Shown here: one piece after another, positions 16,446 through 16,988 of the stretch
Position numbering within the stretch: the first letter of the stretch is position 1
How the letters are laid out: each line of letters starts with the position of its first letter
Assembly (NCBI GenBank): GCA_044507735.1
Contig: JBIQJB010000006.1
Span: 68,939 to 85,926 of the forward strand
Direction of reading: 5' to 3'
DNA length: 16,988 bases
Source: Nitrosopumilales archaeon
Lineage (GTDB): Archaea > Thermoproteota > Nitrososphaeria > Nitrososphaerales > Nitrososphaeraceae
Notes under the pieces: model-generated
What the model saw: only the letters and a program-made list of their open reading frames with translations
The model's database searches: none
What the model was told of the DNA's origin: nothing
Made by a program: the position numbers and the translations under genes

Positions 16446-16894
16446 CGAAGATCATCCAGGTTGCTTATGCGTCTCTTCTTCAGCGCAGCAAGGAGCAGGC
16501 CGCCCACTATGACCACTCCAGTTCCTGCGGCCATGAAAAAGTAGGGTACAACGCCTACAATTCCTACAACATACTGGTCGGCGATTTGTGACAGCATCTG
16601 GAGGCTTGCGATCATGCCAGCAATCATTATGATACCTGCAGCAACGACGGCTATACCCCCTAACTTTGCCCCAAACGACTTGCCCAGGCCAAAGGCAAAT
16701 CCCGCCAAGGCAAGACTTGGAGCCGCGGAGATGAAGATGATCTGAATCATCAGGCTTCCAGGGTCTACCACACGTTCTGGGCCTTCTCCTTCAGGACCTA
16801 TCAAAAAGTTGTAATAGGAAAGCAAGAGAGCAACAAACATGATGGACAACCCGAGGGACGCAATAGCAGTCCAGTCCTCTAATTTTATGCTCAT
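16442..16894 (-). CDS. Hypothetical membrane protein, about 4 TM helices
   Basis: 150 aa with four hydrophobic segments; TTGA overlap with the epimerase start. Confidence 0.8.
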   Translation of the reverse strand: MSIKLEDWTAIASLGLSIMFVALLLSYYNFLIGPEGEGPERVVDPGSLMIQIIFISAAPSLALAGFAFGLGKSFGAKLGGIAVVAAGIIMIAGMIASLQMLSQIADQYVVGIVGVVPYFFMAAGTGVVIVGGLLLAALKKRRISNLDDLR

Positions 16895-16929
16895 TTTATA
16901 GCCGGATATTTTCGGGGTTGGTAATTAAA

Positions 16930-16988
16930 TCATACTATGCCTACGAGACTGGCCAGTTCCTTTCTGCTCGCGGAGCCCAGTATCTCTG
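16930..16988 (-). CDS. Probable 3' end of an upstream gene truncated by the window edge
   Basis: Open frame ...EILGSASRKELASLVGIV* ending at TGA 16932-16930, 35 nt before the next minus-strand ATG. Confidence 0.4.
   Translation of the reverse strand, partial: EILGSASRKELASLVGIV

Noticed and set aside
15700-16591. + strand ORFs of up to 202 aa opposite the epimerase and membrane gene
   Set aside because: Antisense shadows of supported genes
1-16988. CRISPR arrays, tRNA/rRNA, transposases, integrases, inteins
   Set aside because: No spaced repeats, cloverleafs or mobile-element motifs seen by eye; the aCPSF1 insertion lacks intein ends

Overview
Core-genome window from an archaeon, most likely a Nitrososphaera-like thaumarchaeote (inferred from the protein families, TATA-type promoters and short or absent leaders). 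It carries an aCPSF1/FttA-type KH + beta-CASP ribonuclease, a UPF0147 protein flanked by two C2H2 zinc-finger microproteins (one absent from the ORF track), a TerC/Alx membrane protein and an ALG11-like GT4 glycosyltransferase. Next come a minus-strand run of sucC, sucD, a zinc ribbon and a methyltransferase-like gene, then a divergent thiamine-salvage pair (CytX-like NCS1 transporter and ThiD-ThiN fusion), and a sugar-nucleotide cluster (stand-alone NTP transferase, GlmU-like left-handed beta-helix protein, divergent UDP-GlcNAc 2-epimerase, membrane protein). No rRNA, tRNA, CRISPR or mobile element was seen. The best leads are a degenerate TPP-riboswitch-like leader that could sequester the cytX start codon, a loop-less eL42/L44e-like zinc ribbon, the zinc-finger microproteins, an atypical aCPSF1 and a possible two-gene GlmU. 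All calls come from motif recognition by eye; no searches were run.
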